From an uncultured Nitrososphaerota archaeon (lineage in GTDB: Archaea > Thermoproteota > Nitrososphaeria > Nitrososphaerales > Nitrosopumilaceae), in contig OY969559.1 of the NCBI GenBank assembly GCA_963701075.1, forward strand, positions 1,760,001 to 1,824,000: DNA of 64,000 bases. The letters are read 5' to 3'. Position 1 is the first letter of the stretch. Each line of letters starts with the position of its first letter. Shown piece by piece: positions 62,200-64,000 of this stretch. The position numbers and the translations under genes are program-made. A model generated the notes under the pieces. It saw only the letters and a program-made list of their open reading frames with translations, made no database searches and was not told the origin of the DNA.

Positions 62200-62469
62200 C
62201 TATGTTATACTAGCTGGCTTTATTTCCACATCGTCACGATTATAGAATATTTTTTCATGCGATATGGTAATAGTACAGTTTCGTTTAAACTTCATCTCTC
62301 TTCCATTTCCTACAGTGTCCTTGAAGAGCACTCTTGGATCATCGTTGATATCGATTGAATATTGTTTTCCTTTCTTGGTTGTGCTTGGTTCTTTACAGCC
62401 TCGCACATCGATTAATTTGGAACAACCCACAGAATTTGATTCATTTATAGACATGCAAAGATTCCCCAT
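62200..62469 (-). CDS. Hypothetical protein
   Basis: 89-aa ORF with ATG start. Confidence 0.4.
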   Translation of the reverse strand: MGNLCMSINESNSVGCSKLIDVRGCKEPSTTKKGKQYSIDINDDPRVLFKDTVGNGREMKFKRNCTITISHEKIFYNRDDVEIKPASIT

Positions 62470-62771
62470 TCATAACTATAAAAAGAGATTCTGTTATCGC
62501 CAAGTTATGAGATATCATTTGTAAAATAGCAAAATGATGAAATTGTGACTACTTTCTTCTTCTTTGACCTGGTTTATTTTGTCCAGGAACTCGTTTTAGG
62601 ATGAATCTTTTTCTAAAATTATCTCGATTTCTTGTAATGCCAATTTCTCCATGTCTTTCTCTTGATGGGACCTTTGGAGTTTGGCCTCTAACTTTACCTG
62701 CTTTAGTAAGCGATCCGTGAGTTGGCACGAATTAGTTCATCTGTTGATGCAATTTATGTATTTGGTTTCTC

Positions 62772-64000
62772 TTACCAGTACTTTGTCTTGATTGTATCAA
62801 TTACTCTTTGGTGTTCTGCACCTTTCTTTCGGGCATATTTTTCCATTGCACTCAATGGAACTCCTCCCAGTGTTTTTGCAATACCAGTGAATACTTTTCT
62901 TCTGAGTGGACCGTTCTGTCCTGTTTTATCCATGAACTTCTGAATTCCATACTTGAAGTTGTGCTGCCATGTCTTGTACATGACACCTAGCTGAGCTGCA
63001 GTCATCTCATTGCCAATATCGAAGAACTCTGATTTTTCAAGCAATCCAATTGGAACAAAAGTCAATGGAGTTGTTGTAAACATGGATTCTGGTTGTTCTT
63101 TTTCTAGCTCATTGATGAGGCGTATGGTATCCCATGCATCTTCTTCAGTCTCTGCATTATCCAATCCCATGATGAGTGTAAATGCAGGTATCCAATGATG
63201 CTCGTTTAATGTCTTGACTCCTTCCTTTACAACCCAATGCCATTCTTCTGGCTTGTATGGTGATAATTTTCTGTCTGCATATTTTCCAATCAATCGTAGG
63301 CTTCCTGTCTCAAAACCGCATTGGACTCCAATCTTGTTAGTTGGACCTGATTTGATGATTTTTGAAAGATTTGGAATTAATTTTTCATCAGCTATTGCAC
63401 CTGCAAGTGTGCCGTGAGTTGGATTAGTGTGGGCTATACCAGCTGACATTACTGCCGTAAATAGCTCTTCTAGCGCTTCTCTGTTTGGTGCCATGTTCTT
63501 TGTCTTTCTTGGGTCAAGACCATACACAAAGATATCATCACTGTGCAACCAAGCATTTCTTTGTCCACCTTTTTTTATGTTGACTTCGATCTCTCGTTTT
63601 ACTTTCTCAGGAGGATAGTATCTAAGAGGCCTCAGAGTAACATCACAGAATTTGCATCCTCTTCCACATCCTCGCATGACCTCAACCATTCCGTGCATGC
63701 TAGGCTCTACAATATCAGGTATCTCATCAACTTCAGGCTCGTCCCAATAATGGATGAATCTTCCGTGGAACTTGTCGGCATCTCTTCCAAATTCTTTTAC
63801 CTCAACTTTGAAATCACTTTTAACGAAGGGATTCATGTTTTCAAATTCTCCGCCGATTAATTTGTTAAAGAACTCTCCTGCATGACCATCTAGCTCAGGA
63901 GCAATGCCGCCAAGCTCTCCTTCCAATACGGCATACAAACCGTATTCTTGGATTTTCTTTGGATCGTAATTGTATTGCCAAGTTCCTGATGCACCAACAA
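62772..64000 (-). CDS. B12-binding-type radical SAM protein (5' end outside window)
   Basis: RGCGRGCKFC CxxxCxxC; GFETGS; reading frame open to the window edge. Confidence 0.88.
   Translation of the reverse strand, partial: VGASGTWQYNYDPKKIQEYGLYAVLEGELGGIAPELDGHAGEFFNKLIGGEFENMNPFVKSDFKVEVKEFGRDADKFHGRFIHYWDEPEVDEIPDIVEPSMHGMVEVMRGCGRGCKFCDVTLRPLRYYPPEKVKREIEVNIKKGGQRNAWLHSDDIFVYGLDPRKTKNMAPNREALEELFTAVMSAGIAHTNPTHGTLAGAIADEKLIPNLSKIIKSGPTNKIGVQCGFETGSLRLIGKYADRKLSPYKPEEWHWVVKEGVKTLNEHHWIPAFTLIMGLDNAETEEDAWDTIRLINELEKEQPESMFTTTPLTFVPIGLLEKSEFFDIGNEMTAAQLGVMYKTWQHNFKYGIQKFMDKTGQNGPLRRKVFTGIAKTLGGVPLSAMEKYARKKGAEHQRVIDTIKTKYW

Overview
Chromosomal segment of an ammonia-oxidising archaeon (Nitrososphaerota, probably Nitrosopumilales/Nitrosotalea-like). 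The assignment rests on topoisomerase IB, the 3HP/4HB-cycle acyl-CoA synthetase/crotonase pair, LysW-type lysine genes, a PEFG-CTERM protein and the rpl21e-rpo4-DUF655-ksgA cluster. Conserved core genes are interrupted by accessory regions. (1) A ~9.8 kb tyrosine-integrase element between dph5 and ribL (4391-14165). It carries a membrane ATPase-wHTH-nuclease fusion, a highly structured GC-rich non-coding region rich in GNA-triloop hairpins, and short cargo genes, several followed directly by a hairpin-containing repeat ending in GCGTTRRAT. Six copies of this repeat were found, two of them in a separate integrase-free island at 21-27 kb, suggesting a non-canonical integron-like cassette system. 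(2) A solo, apparently intact tnpB enclosed by perfect 24-bp IS6-type inverted repeats and an 8-bp target duplication. (3) An IS701. (4) A defence/toxin-antitoxin islet beside tRNA-Ser that shares a hairpin motif with element 1. (5) An IS6 transposon with passengers, next to HicAB-like genes and IS6 relics. Many single-base frameshifts in essential genes point to assembly indel errors. All calls come from reading the sequence by eye; no database search was run.
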